From positions 7,152 to 71,151 of the forward strand of contig NIVC01003893.1 of assembly GCA_002269645.1 (NCBI GenBank): a DNA stretch of 64,000 bases, written 5' to 3'. This DNA comes from Macrostomum lignano. Lineage: Eukaryota. Positions 45,121 through 58,870 of this stretch are shown here, piece after piece; the first letter of the stretch is position 1; each line of letters begins with the position of its first letter. The notes under the pieces are model-generated. The model was not told the DNA's origin and made no database searches. It saw only the letters and a list, made by a program, of their open reading frames with translations. The translations under genes were made by a program, and so were the position numbers.

Positions 45121-46739
45121 AAGCCTACTATGAGTATGAGTGTGAGTAGATGAGCCTACCCTAACCTTGATGTGATTTAATATAATATATACCCACATTG
45201 GTTTATGAATAGGACTTATAACATTAGAATTTTAGCAGAGGTTACTGTTACCCTAAGGCAAGAATTTACATATCTAATGTCATGTTTAGACAGTCTTCTC
45301 ACTACTAGGCGCTAGGTAAGACTGTACTGTAGTGCAGGCAGGCTAATAATATTATACAGTATATTCAGTTGGTTACTGCATAATCGCAAAATACCACTTA
45401 CTAAATATCGCTATTAAACTGATCAATAGGCCCTAATAAGTAGCCATGAAGCGTTTAAAAATAACATAAATAAACTTTGTATTAGTTGCCTTGAGAGACG
45501 CCAGACGCGCCTGACGCCTTTAGTTGTATTTTTCACTTTCAGTAATTTCTGTGCTCTTGGGTCTTTCGAAGAAAATATGCATTTTAAAATCCTTTTGATC
45601 GATGGGCCTTTTCATATTGCTTGCTCTGGTTCCAGAACCAGAACCAATTTGTGAAGTATAACTTTTTGTCTCCATAACTAGAGGGAAATACGTGCTATAA
45701 AGTTTTTATTATTGAATGACAATCGCCAAGAAGAAAGTGAAAAATTGTGCTAAGTTAGGTTGTTAAGGCAGTCAAATATTAACAGAGTTTAATAGTTATA
45801 CTGCTGTTTTTCTTGGAATTCCGAACCGATTCTGGTTCTGGAATTGGTAATATGAAAAGGCCCGATATCTACTTAAAGAAAGCATGAAAAAAGTGTTCAA
45901 CTCTTTTTTTAATAAAAACATGAAGCTCCAAAAGTTTTTTGGCTAGTTTTCTATGTTTTGATAATATATTAGAAAAATTATGATTTAAAAGCGCTCAAAC
46001 AAGTGACTGATTTGAACTCTCTCTTAAAACCATCTCGTCGAAACTTACGATCTGATCTCTGATCTCTCTCAGTCTTAAGTAGGCCTAGTGACCAGACCAG
46101 CTCACCATGTCAGAGAAGCAATCTATTAACTCGATCATCGTCCGGTTTTGCTGGTAATGAAGGCCCTAACCAATCTTATAAGTGAGTGTAACTATTAGTG
46201 TAGTTAGGCCTAAGATTTAATACGATTGATATCAATGAATCACAATCAATCAATATCAAGATAGGCCCTAGGCCTACGATAAGTTGCTTCCTTCTATGAC
46301 AAACACTTCACCTTTGTAAAAATTAAAAGATGTGACTGTGGCCCTATGCCTACAGCAGTAGGCTGCGGCCACATCACATGTTATGTATCTACTCTACACA
46401 TAGTCGCCCTCAGCCTCCTTTCACATTTTAGGCTTGGGAGTCGGGACCAGACAATGGCAGAGTTACAACCTACAAAGATAGGGCCTAGTCGTCAAACTAG
46501 CAATCTAGTGCCCCCCTTCGGGGCGGCCAATAAGAAAGGGGCAAAATTTATTTATTTAAATCCTGGTAGCAAGCAATTAGGCCTAGCCACCTAGTAGGCC
46601 TGGTGTCACTGGTAACAATAAGCATGGTGTCTTAAAGTATGAGTAGAGTAGGCCTAGGCCTACACTTAAAAAACTTTAGAACTATTTATAAAATTGCTAA
46701 TCCACATTGCAGAATCTGTTTCTAAGAATCTACCAATAA

Positions 46740-48370
46740 TCTCCCAATCAAGTTTGCAATAATCCCCAGTCAGGCTTGCAGTGATCCCAGTCAGGTTTGG
46801 AATGGTTCTAGTCAGGTTTGCAATTAATGATCCCAGTCAGGTTTGCAATGATATCCCAGTCAAGTTTGAAATGATCCCCAGTCAGGTTTTCAATAATCCC
46901 AGTCAGGTTTGCAATGATCTCTTAGTCAAGTTTAAAATGATCCCAGACAAGTTTGCAATGATCCCCCAGTTAGGTTTGCAATGATTCCCTAGTCCATAGT
47001 CAGGAAGGTGGCAGAGTGTGCGCCGGAATAAATTTTAGAGAGACAATCTGTGCGCTGTCTGTGCGCCATCTGTGTGCCATTTGTGCACCATCTGTGCGCC
47101 GTCTGTGCGCCGTTATTAAAAAATTGAATAATTACAACTGCACACCGAAAAAAAATTAGTGCATGCCCATTCTCAAAAATCCACTGGTGTTGCAACAATA
47201 AATGACCTTTTTTACGTTGTGACAATAAAAGACCTTTTTTAAATTGCATAGGAGACCCTTATTATTAGATAATTTTGTTGCTTTTAAAGCTTTTTCGGCG
47301 ATACTATTTACAGTGCAAAGTTTATACATGCAAAGATTTGTTTAAATACTCTTTTACAAGCTGGAAAAAACCGGAAAGCTTGAAATTTGTGCCCAAAAAT
47401 TATCTTTTTTTTCTACTTTACAATAACTCTTACGCGTGATTCTATAAAGTGCACGCCAGGTGTGCATGCATACTTTTTTCTCAGGAGTGATGCACGCTAA
47501 CTGTGCATACCTAATTTTGGCGTGCAAGGCCAATGCACGCCCGAATTTTTGGGCATATACTACATGATCCAGAGTGTGGGTGCGCCAATGTGCACTGAGA
47601 CCCTTTGTGTGCGCCGCGCTTGTGCGCCAATGTGCACTGAGACCCTTTGTGTGCGCCACGCTTGTGTGCCAATGTGCGCCAAGACCCTTTGTGTGCGCGG
47701 GAATTTTCTTCCTTAGAGGCCACCTTCCTGACTATGGTCCCTAGTCAAGTTTGCAATGATCTTAGTCAAGTTTGCAATGATCCCTCAGTCAAGTTTGCAA
47801 TGATCCTAGTCAGGTTTGCAATGATCCCCTAGTTAGGTTTGTAATGATCCCCCAGTCAGGTTTGTAATGATCCCCAGGTTTGCCTTTGCAATGATCTCCC
47901 AGTCAGGTTTGCAATGATCCCTTAGCCAGGTTTGAAATGATCCTAGTCAAGTTTGCAATGATCTGTAGCCATATTTCCAATGATCCTAGTCAGGTTTGCG
48001 ATGATCCCAGTCGGATTTGCAATGATCCCCCAGCAAGGTTTAAAATGATGCCAGTCATGTTTCTAATGATCCTAGTCAGGTTTGCAATGATCCCTTAGTC
48101 AGGTTTAAAATGATCCCAGTCAGGTTTGCAATTATCCCCCCCCCCTGGTCAGGTTTCCAATTATCCCCTAGTCAAGTTTGCAATAATCCCCAATAAGGTT
48201 TGAAATGATCTCCAGTAATGTTTTCAATGATCCTAGTCAGGTTTGCAATTATCCCCCAATCAGGTTTGAAATGATCCTAGTCAAGTTTGCAATATGATCC
48301 CTAGTCATGTTTCCAATTTTCCCAGTTAGGTTTGCAATGATCCCAGTCGGGTTTGCAATGATCCCCCATC
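46740..48370. repeat. About 21-bp minisatellite (CCAGTCAGGTTTGCAATGATC)n split by a MITE
   Basis: Arrays at 46740-46990 and 47740-48370. Confidence 0.9.
46994..47737. mobile_element. MITE with 19-bp TIRs and 8-bp TSD (hAT/P-type)
   Basis: TIR CCATAGTCAGGAAGGTGGC / GCCACCTTCCTGACTATGG; TSD TCCCTAGT at 46986-46993 and 47738-47745. Confidence 0.9.
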
Positions 48371-49295
48371 AAGGTTGAGTATATATCTTACTCACTTCAT
48401 AAGTATATAAGTGGCTAGCCACTTCAGTCTTGAGGGATAAAGTGACCATCTCTATACCCGCACCCCTCGTAGATCTAATCTGCCACTGAGGTGGTTGGTT
48501 GGTCAGAGAATTAGCATGTTGCACTTATAGACACAAATACATTAAATAGCTTAGCACATTTAGGGGGTGACAACATTCTAGCACTTAGATTATATGGTTT
48601 TATGATTTAAGCATCAAGTCCCAGCAGGTGGAGCAAGGAGAAATCCATTACATAATGTCACATGGCCACATCTTGGTTGTCTCTACTGGTTATAGAAGTG
48701 AAGTGATAATAATGCCCATAGGCCTTAGCAATTTTCTAAGCAAATAAGCAAAATAAGTAAGCAAAGTATAGTATGCCAACTAAGACTTATATAGGCCCAC
48801 TATTCCATATAGCATAACAAAAGATATATTAGTATTTGAGTATAAATATAGTTATAGGCATATTAATATTACATTATGTAATGTTTATTCAATTATTTAA
48901 GTTTATTTTATGTATATACATGTACAAGAATATAATACCAATAAATGTAAGGCTATTCAATATTATATATTTGATACTAGTTGACCTCCTAGTCCTCATT
49001 GCAACATAGTAGTATATTCTTACCAATAATCTATCTACTCCTACTAAAATGAGGAATAGAAAATGCCTATCACTGATCTGTCTGTTTGATTTGCTTATCT
49101 GTTGCTGCAATTAACAGGCCTACTGTTAGGCTCACATTTTTACAGTAAAAAGTGTATGGTGGGTCAAGTGTCAACGTTGGTCATTTTTTGAGTTTAGGCT
49201 ATTAAGATCTATTTATATATTTGTTACTAAGTATACCTGGTACATCAACTTAAATTTATATTGGAATAATTTCAGATTGTCAATGTCAGCTTAAT

Positions 49296-49987
49296 ATGTC
49301 GCATCTAGTTTCATTTCCTCGCCTACTACTTACTAGCACTTGTAGTAGTAGTAGTATACCACGATTAAGTAAGCTACCATTAAATTATTGCCGTCGCAAT
49401 TTATTTGGTCGTAAAAAGGTGCGCGTTGATCAGCACACGCCAATTCTATTTGGCGAAGTCAACGAACGCGGCGGCTATGCTGCGCCCTTTAAAGAGAGTC
49501 TGTCAATGCGCGATTGGTTGAGAATCTATAAGCGAGCTTGGCTAGAGCTGCCAGAGTCCTATGCTGAACTTCGCAATTATCACTTGTACGATCGAGTCTC
49601 ATTCAAGTCTGTAGACGTTCGCCATGGCGATTATTATTATATTGGCTATTTGTCGCGCGACGGCGGCCACCACAAATGGATTGTCACGGCCGACTCTCAC
49701 TATGGCGAAGGCTATTCTACTGGGGAATTTATCCCGTCTAGTTGGCTGACTGATGTCAAAAATAAAGCTGGAGACTGTGGCATCGATCAGGATCAACCAA
49801 TTGTCAGGTGTACCGGACTGTTTCGCGGCGTCCTTGACACCCGTGTGCCGCAGATTGGCCAGCTAGTCAGAGCCGGTTACGTCAACTTGCGCTCGCCCTA
49901 CGCTCTCATGATTAAAGGTCGAGCTAGGGGTATCAATCTGCAGCCTTTGAATTGCATTGTGATCCGGTATCGAGGCGATGGGCGGAG
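49296..49987 (+). CDS. NDUFAF1: Complex I assembly factor CIA30/NDUFAF1, exon 1
   Basis: Presequence-like N-terminus; KWIVTADSHYGEGYSTG, RAGYVNLRS, RYRGDGR. Ends at an AG|GCGAGT donor. Confidence 0.88.
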
Positions 49988-50339
49988 GCGAGTACTTGCA
50001 TTGTTCTTCTTGTTTTGAATCGATAAATCGCTGATCTTCAAGGAACCGGTATCTAACTTAGAAAAAACAGGGTGCATTGGATTTCATGGCAAAATTTCTG
50101 CTTCTAAGAATCTAAGTCCTCTTTGCAACAGAGTGGCAAATTTTTATAAACTGCATTGAACTGCTGCTCCTACTAAAAAGAGGTACATTAATATTGTTCA
50201 CAATAGTAGCCGGGCATTGATCCGTCTGTTTGTACTGCGGTTTGTTTTGTATAAACTACCAATGTGCAGCTTACAGGCCTACTGTCTGTCTTACATTTAA
50301 TAATTATTCTGATAAGCTTGTTACCAGCGAATGCTTAAA

Positions 50340-50900
50340 AAGCGTCATATAGGGCGCCAGCTACAGAGAGGGCGCCAGCTACAGAAGGGCACCTGATACA
50401 CAGGCGAGAGCAAAATAGGGGCGCTAGTTACAGAGAGTACACAAAATACAGAGAGGGCACCAACTGCAGAAGCGGAAGCTAAGAGGGGGCGCCAACTACA
50501 AAACAGGCGCCAGCTACAGAGAGGGCGCCAGATACAAGAGGCGGAACAGGGGGCGCCAGCTCCAGAGAGGGCACCAGCTACAGATGGGGTGCCAGCTACA
50601 GAGAGGGCACCAGCTACAGAGGGGGTGCCAGCTACAGAGGGGCGCCAGCTATAGAGAGGGCGCCAGATACAAGAGGCGAAACAGGGGGCACCAGCTACAG
50701 AGAGGGCGCCAGCTACAGAGAGGGCGCCAGATACAGAGAGAGCACCAGCTACAGAGAGGGCGCCAGATACAGAGAGAGCACCAGCTACAGAGAGGGCGCC
50801 AGCTACAGAGAGGGCGCCAGCTACAGAGAGGGCGCCAGATACAAGAGGCAGAACAGTGGGCGCCAGCTACAGTGTTGCCGCCAGATGCTACGCTACAGAG
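50340..50900. repeat. GGCGCC-core minisatellite (AGAGGGCGCCAGCTAC)n in NDUFAF1 intron
   Basis: Tandem 16-18-bp units. Confidence 0.9.
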
Positions 50901-51089
50901 AGGTTGTTTTGCACGTCTTGAATGGGATTTCTGAAGCGCAGGCTGGGTTTGCTGCAATGATTGAAGTAATGGTGAAATTATGCAGGCGACACTCCATTTG
51001 ATTTCCATATTAAATGCTATGGACTGGCTGATCTGAGTTTCAGAAAAAACATGGTTACTAATCGTTAACCCTTACCTCACCCACTGCAG

Positions 51090-51435
51090 GTACCGACTCA
51101 ATCTCCATCGTAGTCCGCTAGGCAAGTTAGACTACACCCTATTTGACATCTACTCGTTCCCTCTGTACACTAGAGGCGGACCATACTGGACAGTTGCCAA
51201 GATACCCGTGTCTAAACTGATTCGCACCTACAAAGGCCGGGTTCAAGATCGACCAATTCTCGATGACCTAAGCGCCTATTCCCACCTGAGCATCACTTTA
51301 TGCGATGGAATACCGGGGCCGTTCTCGCTTGAACTGGACTACGTGGCCGCATTCTATGATGCTACATTAAATGAGAAATTTGCCTACGAAATCTATCCTG
51401 TGTCTTCTTTGATGAAGAAAAATATTTCTTGGTAG
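51090..51435 (+). CDS. NDUFAF1: NDUFAF1 exon 2
   Basis: CACTGCAG| acceptor; YTRGGPYWTVAKIPVSK...GPFSLELDYV...EKFAYE matches NDUFAF1 FTRGGPYW..KIPFSK...GPFFLEIDFI...EEFAYE. Spliced CDS is 345 aa. Confidence 0.92.
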
Positions 51436-51529
51436 CTTTGTTCTGTTTTAGTGCGGCTTGACTGCGTGATCGAATGTTTTAATACTGCACTTGGCTTACC
51501 ATAATCACGGGTCGTGATCTTAAATCTCA

Positions 51530-51890
51530 GATCCCAGATCGTGATACCTGGCCTATCCCATATGATGATCCACGATCCCATATAATGATCCATATCCCCA
51601 ATATCATGATTCACGACCACTTATCTATCACGATCCCTTATCCCATATCATGATCCCCGATCCCATATAATGATCCTTATCCCCAATATAATGATCATCT
51701 ATCCCTTATCATGATCCCCTATCCCAGATCATGATCCCCTATCCCATATCATGATCCACGATCCCATATAATGATACCCGATCCCATATAATGATCCTAT
51801 ATCCCATATCTCGATTTACAATCCCATATCATGATTCCCCATCCCATATCACGATCCTTCATCCTATATCATAATCCTATACCATGTTTT
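51530..51890. repeat. About 19-bp minisatellite (ATCCCATATCATGATCCCC)n
   Basis: Degenerate tandem array. Confidence 0.88.
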
Positions 51891-52139
51891 AAAACGGTAT
51901 CCCTAAATTGGCTCAAATGTTGCTTCGTAACAATGTTGCATATTTTATTGTGTGTAGTTTCTGTTAGTGAGCATTTTCTGCTTCAGAGTATCTGATTATG
52001 TTAATAAACTGCTTCAAATGACAATTTACCCGAGTTGTAGATTCTGATTTTCTATATTTGAATAATTTATTTTTATGAACAGTGTAAAACTACTTAACTC
52101 ATCGCTTCTTTGAGAGTCTATCTCTAATCTATCCTGACA

Positions 52140-52655
52140 ATCGTCTCTAAGCTACCCTAAGAATCGTCTCTAATCCACCTTGAGAATCGTCTCTAATCCA
52201 CCTTGAGAATCGTCTCTAAGCTACCCTGAGAATCGTCTCTAAGCTACCCTGAGAATCGTCTCTAAGCTACCCTGAGAATCGTTCTAAGCTACCCTGAGAA
52301 TCTTCTCTAAGCTACCCTGAGAATAGTCTCTAATCCACCTTGAGAATCGTCTCTAATCCACCCTGAGAATCGTCTCTAAGCTACCCTGAGAATCGTCTCT
52401 AATCCACCCTGAGAATCGTCTCTAATCCACCTTGAGAATCGTCTCTAATCCACCCTGAGAATCGTCTCTAATCCACCTTGAGAATCGTCTCTAATCCACC
52501 CTGAGAATCGTCTCTAAGCTACCCTGAAAATCGTCTCTAATACACCTTGAGAATCGTCTCTAAGCTACCCTGAGAATCGTCTCTAAGCTACCCTGAAAAT
52601 CGTCTCTAATCCACCTTGAGAATCGTCTCTAATCCACCTTGAGAATCGTCTCCAA
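52140..52655. repeat. 23-bp minisatellite (GAGAATCGTCTCTAAGCTACCCT)n
   Basis: Tandem array. Confidence 0.95.
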
Positions 52656-52919
52656 TTTAACCTATTTTTAGGTTTTAAGGCCTAAAATGTCTAGTGAACA
52701 GTTAAGAGTCGCCTCTGATCTATTAAATGTGCTTTAATCCATTTTATTCTAAGAATTAAGAAATACTAAACTAAGAATTACTTCTTGGTCTTTAGTTTCA
52801 AAGTAAATTTTTTTTACTTATTTTGTTGATGGTCATTCAATTAATAACAAAAAAACCCTTCGGATCGGAGGAAATCAGATATTGCAAACCCATAATAAGC
52901 ATCCAGTCAATTAATCGTT

Positions 52920-53537
52920 ATGCCAGCCGATCTTGTACAAGAGCAAAGTCTTCATCATCCTCACAATCAGCAGCAGCGCTACTCGGCCAGCGACAGTACC
53001 ACGCCTAACAATGAGTTTGTCTACTATCCAATTGGCTCAATAATCGATCTAGTAACATCTTGCGATCGTCGAATACCCCGAGCGGAAGTGCTGTTTCACG
53101 ACCCGCTCTATAACATTGTGATAGTGAAATATCCAGCTTCTAGTGGCCGGGCAGGCCTACACGATATCACCTTTGTCCGACTGAATCACGCTAAACGCGT
53201 TGAATTGATATCTTATCCGGAACAATTCTCTGCTAATTCCAGTGCTACTGTTAGTAGTAGTAATGCTACAATTGAACAGCAATCATCTGGATCGAATAGT
53301 TCGCGCAAAACTAATGCCACATTTGCTGCTGTGGCCGCCGCTTCCGCGTCAGTTTCTGCAACAGCGAATTCTACAGTCGATGTCAATCACCATGACGATT
53401 CGAACGAGATTTTCAATGCTGCCTCCTCCGCAGCCGATATTGATCTTGACAAAGTTCGCGCCAGACTGAACCGCAGCCTACAACTAATTGATCGCGGAAG
53501 CGCTTTAATTGAAACTGAATCTAATTCGAACGAATAG
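52920..53537 (+). CDS. LSM12: LSM12-like protein (N-terminal Sm domain)
   Basis: YYPIGSIIDLVTSCDRRIPRAEVLFHDPLYNIVIVKYPASSG...HDITFVRLNHAKRVELI parallels LSM12 YFSVGSQV...GEVVAFD...KCPSSSG...DILLINL. No C-terminal AD domain is evident. Confidence 0.7.
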   Translation: MPADLVQEQSLHHPHNQQQRYSASDSTTPNNEFVYYPIGSIIDLVTSCDRRIPRAEVLFHDPLYNIVIVKYPASSGRAGLHDITFVRLNHAKRVELISYPEQFSANSSATVSSSNATIEQQSSGSNSSRKTNATFAAVAAASASVSATANSTVDVNHHDDSNEIFNAASSAADIDLDKVRARLNRSLQLIDRGSALIETESNSNE

Positions 53538-56500
53538 ATTTTACATTAATTAATTATTTTACCCGCTTGTAATGCTACACAATTTCCAGTAGGAAAACCA
53601 AGCCATTTTTTCGCCCATCGAGCTACCAAGTGGGGTGGGGGGAATTGAAATCAGAATAAAAAAATTAAAGGTGCCGACGGCGTCGGGGTGATTAATGAAT
53701 GCTTGAGAGACCAGCTGAAGATTTCCAGCAGTTAAGGCTTGCCCACTCTTGAGGCTTGATCAGCGAAACTCGACAAATTTGCATCAGAGTGTCCATAGTC
53801 ACCTGGTGCCGCCTGTTGAAGGTCCAGAAGCTCCGCCTAGGTGAAAGCCAGTAACCAACCAAGTCAGAGCTGATGCAGACAAATGCGGTCGGCGTGCTGA
53901 TGAAATTTGGAGTCTTGGCAAGGCTGCACTGAGGCGCAGTGCTGATTGGCGCACAGGGGTGTACTGAATACACTAGAGCTTATTAAAAAAGTCCGACCTT
54001 CTGGCAGAATCGTCGAATATCTTGTTTGAGAAGGTACGCAACAAAAATTTATCCCGTGTGTCTGCGTTGCTCCGTTCAGGCGCGGCAAAAAATGTCAGGG
54101 GGGGTGTCCGTCTATCTTGGTATTTCTACTGTTAATAAGGCATTGGCGTCTTAAGCCAAATAAAAATTGAGCAAAAATGCAAAAAAATAGCAATAAAAAC
54201 ACAACAAACACGCTCTACTTTACCAACAAACTTAATTTTTAAGACTTCTTATTTTACGGTATGTACGTGCAAATTGCTTGACTGACGATATGTTGAGTAG
54301 TTGTTATAGTGAGAGCAGATGTTTCGTTTCAAAAAGTATATATTGTTTGCTCATAAATGTTCTGGTATTAATAGTAGTAAAAAACAAATTAAACAGACTT
54401 CATTGGAGCGTTGTGTGTGCTAGTAGTGCCTTGCCAATAACCATAGTATACTTCTGTTTGTTGTTCAATATCTGTTTTGCTGTTATTAATAATTTGCTTT
54501 GTACTTCAGTTCTGTAATGTTGCCAAAATTGCAGATTAAATTATCATTAATGCGAGTACTATCTCTCTTTGTATTTTGCTATGAATGTTCTTCTAATAAA
54601 TGATCTTTGTTTGTTTGAACTCCATTTTAATTTCAAGTCAATCTCCCCTCAGAATCCAAGTAAATTTCTCTCGATATTGAATTTCCCTTACAAGTTGATG
54701 TTCCTTTTGAGTCCATGTTTTTAATTCTTCAAATCCTTTAAGTCGCATCAATAATCTTAGGGAAGCTAATTAAAAAACGGTTTCTAATGGTTCGTGCATT
54801 TACAACATCGCCTGTTTTCTGGGTTATAATCATTCTTGTTTATGAATTTAGTGTGAAAGAGTTTAATCTATCGAGTTAATAACGCCCTCATCTCAGAATA
54901 CTAAAACCTATTTTATCGCAAAATGCACTTTTTATAATTTATCAGTTGTTTTGTTTTATAATCTGGCACAATATGTGGCTGCAGTAGTGTGTCTTGTTAG
55001 GTTGTACGCAAATTCACAGTCAATCATATTTGCACTCTTATGCACTCCATCTAAGTGTTTTTTGTTTCCGAGTTTACAGAAACACGCGCTGCTTAAGTAC
55101 AGGTTTTTTTCATAAAGTTTAGAATATCTATGAGTTCCCTGCAAACTGCTTGAAGTTTGTGATTCAGTCTTCATCTGTTGAACCATAATTTTATTCAACC
55201 TCTTTAGTGATATTGAATGGAGGTAAGTTTTCCATTAATTGTTTTTATGATTGTGGGACATCTCATTTTGTTCTGCTTATTTTGTCATTAACTCTCTATC
55301 TCCCTTCCTCCCCGAACCAGCTTTCCCTCCTCACTTGCCCTCTTACCCCTCCACTTACCCACTCTCTGCTCCCCTTCTCTGTTATCCTCTTTTTATCTCG
55401 CCGTCGGCATCTTCCCTCATTTTCTCCTCTATTCTTGTCATCTAGAAGGCGTGTCCCTCCCTGCCCCTACTGAATTCAGCTGGAACTCAATAAATTATTC
55501 TCCTACAATTGCGCATGCAGTCACTGTATCAGCTGCTTTGTTTAGACTCTTTAATTGGAATGTTTTTACTAACACACTGTTGATATCAGTTGATGTCGAT
55601 GCTTGCGCTTGTTTCATTTCGAAAAGAAAAATATATTACGTAATAATTTGCGAGTAATCTGTTTTTTGAGTCAGATGTGCTTTACAAGTGTTCACATTTG
55701 CCCCCTTGCTTATAGCCTTGTGAGGCAACACCTGCCCAGACAAAGTTTTTATTCGTAAATTTTGCTTTTCCATTTAACTTATTGATTCGATCCTATGTAA
55801 TTGTCTATATTCGCCAGCTTCAAAATTCACAAATCAATCAGTCACATGTTATCCTCCTATATTGGCCGGCTTCCCTAATCGAACGTCAATTTGATCTGTT
55901 ATTTTGTTTCCATTTGAATTGGCGCGAATAAGAAAGCTTTCAAAGATGCGTGAATAAATGAATTCTTTTAAGAGGTTTGGTTAGTTTTTTTGAAAGTTTG
56001 ATTTTCTAAAAACGAAATAAACTAGCAAATACGGAGTTTCTACTTTCAAGCTCATTGTGAGTCATCTCACAACGTTGACGAAGTATTTTGAAGTCGTGCA
56101 GTTCCACTTATATATATATAGTCGTATATACGCCTCGTACTATATAGCATATAATAATATTCCATCTATGGATTCTGCCTAGTAATGGCTTAAACATACG
56201 GCCGCTCACGCCCACTTTTGCTACAAAATGAATATATGCGATGGGTTAACAAAGGCGAGGGTTTTTTCAGTTCATTTTATCTGTGTTTAGTGTGCCTCTG
56301 TGCTGGCCTGCCTGTCCTCAAGCTCATTTTGCTCAGTCAGACTCATTTCAGAACTCTGTCTAGTCTTGCCTGACCCCGCCACAAAAAACCGTAGATTGTT
56401 CTCTGGGCCAGGGACTTCTAGATTTAAATTCATCTGGAATAGAAGAACTGTCTTTAAAGTCTCGCTTTTTAAATGGAATTTGTTTTTTTGTTAATATTAC

Positions 56501-56809
56501 GCACGCTAACCTAAAAAAAGTATGCAAATTAAGAGGCCTATCTAAATCTTAGTTTGTAGTAGTTTTTAGTAGTATACATGTAGTGAAATTTAAGTCCATT
56601 TTCAGTATAGTGGGCTAGCAATCTGTGCTCCCTGATGTGGAGACTACAATAAATGGGGACAATTTTTATTAACTACATGTAGCCTTTGACCTTGTATATA
56701 GTAACTATTGTTAGTTTCTTTCTAGCAATCAGCCCCCCCCCCCAGTTGCGGAGCCAACAAAGAATGGAATACAAAATTTTAAATAAACTACGTCGTACAT
56801 GTGTAGCTT

Positions 56810-57020
56810 CTGGCCTCAGCCTTGACACTTCAGCAATTCCCCCTGTAAGCCTTGACACTTCAGCAATTCCCCCTGTAAGCTTTGACATCTCGGCAATTAC
56901 CCCTGTAAGCCTTGACACTTCAGCAATTCCCCCTGTAAGCCTTGACACTTCAGCAATTCCCCCTGTAAGCCTTGACACTTCAGCAATTCCCCCTGTAAGT
57001 CCTGACATCTCAGCAATTCC
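56810..57020. repeat. 30-bp minisatellite (CCCTGTAAGCCTTGACACTTCAGCAATTCC) x7
   Basis: Tandem array. Confidence 0.95.
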
Positions 57021-57947
57021 GATCCGGAAAATACTGCCCTATGGTCTTCATCTGTCTGTGATACAAAACTTATTTGAGTGTTTTTGGAGTCTAGTCTCTA
57101 CTCCAGATTTTATTTATAAGACTCCCTCGGCCAGGTGAAAGGTATATACAGGGAGAGAGACTTATAAGGCTCAACCAGATGCAGCAGCACATCTTCGGGG
57201 TTAAAAAATGGTAAAGACATTCTTTTCTCTCTCTCTCTCCTAGCTTTTTCTTAGATGCCCTGCGCGGTCCGAGTTTGCCCCGCGTCACCCCTCCTGGCCG
57301 ACCACCTCATTTTTGAGCGGCAATAAATTCCTTTGCCCAGCTGCTGCCTGCGGCTGCTTCTACTGTAGACCCAATTCCTCTGCTCTGTGACCAAAAAGTA
57401 TTCTATAGATCATATCGCATACAAGCTGCAGAGAAGATGAACGGACAGCCCAGTAGGCAATTGCCAGATCCGGAAGAACTGCTAGGCCGCAGGTTTGTTG
57501 AAAGCAGGTGAGTTTGCTATGAGTTACATGTAGATAATTTACAGGATTAAGATATGACACGTAACAATGTGGTAGCCACTTGTTTAATGGTATAATCTTC
57601 GGTTCATTGTAGTCACAGAAAACGACTTTCTAGTCAAATTCCAATCTACATGTACAGGAAGCTGGTGGGGGCTGACACATTTCACCGATACAACCTGATG
57701 TATTGTAATGCCCCTACTCAATCACTGTCATAAAAATACATGTAACACCATGAAAATTTTGCTACTTCAAAAGCTAAACCTAAATGCAATGGGCAACCAA
57801 ACTCGGGGGTGAACAGGTAAACAGGATAAGCAGGATTTGAGCTTTTTTGCCACCTCTGACGTGCCATCTACCGGCCTACAGTATGAGACAGAATGGCGCC
57901 CACCAATTTACAGGGCGCCCGCCATGAGACAGGGGCGCCTATTGTTG

Positions 57948-58870
57948 TGTTGCAGTTTCTGATCTTGTCCGAGATCTCCTCCCGAACTCGCTTCTGGTAG
58001 ACTTCCGATGCGGAAAAAATTCCATAGGGCATTCTCAGCCAACGATATCGTCCAAAAGGTGTGTGAAAGCACGTCATCAACGAACTTTCATAATCCAATG
58101 CAATCTGGTGAAAACTCGCAGTCGCATCAAAAGTTGAGAACAGAGCAGCGTTTCCGATTTCTGCAATAATTTCGTCATAAGACGGTATCTGATACTGCTC
58201 TCTCATTATGTTGGCATTCAGATGCTGAGGGTCTAGGCAAAGACGTATAGTCTTGTCTGCCTTCCAGACGACGACCACATTTGAAACGTACTTCGTGGGC
58301 TCATCACACTTGGTGATGAGTCCATCCGAAACCAGGCGATCTAATTCAGCCTTCAAAGGTTGCATTGCTGCAAACGGGATTCTTCGAGGGCGATCCGTCC
58401 AAGATTCTTTGTCATCGCGCAGGCTGATGTGATAACTCCCAGGTAAGCAACCTGTTCCTTCAAAGACATCGGGATACTCTCGAAGAAATCTTTCATCTGT
58501 CCACGTGGACTTAAACCCTTCAGGTTGAACAGAAACTCCGAAGTTGAATTTCACCAGGCCTATCTCTTCTGCAGTTTTCCATCCGATGAGTGGAATGAGC
58601 CTCTCTTTAATCACAATAAATTCATTTTTATGCTTGACTCCTTCATATTCCAGTTTCAATTGTACCTTCCCTGCGACTGTTAGGCGCGACCTTTTATAGC
58701 AAAAGAGTCTGCAAGACGTTGCTTGTATCGACGTGTTTGGTGCAATCCGCCTAAGCAGATGTTCAGGGAGTACATTTGCGTCCGCTCCTGTGTCGCATTT
58801 GCAATTCACCAGCTGACCTTCGATTTTGATACCAACAGTTGTTCTACTGTCTTTGTCGTTGCCACCCGGT
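57948..58870 (-). CDS. Gypsy pol N-part: aspartic protease + RT N-half
   Basis: CKCDTGADANVL (protease), IRLCLDPQHLN, FSTFDATASFHQI, FHTPFGRYRWLRMPYGI. Breaks at ...KIRNCN just before the FIDD motif. Confidence 0.88.

Noticed and set aside
11445-51435. Functional ACAD9-NDUFAF1 (MCIA complex) gene pair
   Set aside because: The dehydrogenase has the HAD and kinase domains of ACAD10, not ACAD9, so the known partnership does not apply.
53692-54088. Cys/His-rich short minus-strand ORFs (possible zinc finger)
   Set aside because: No recognisable motif spacing; the frames are short and conflict with each other.
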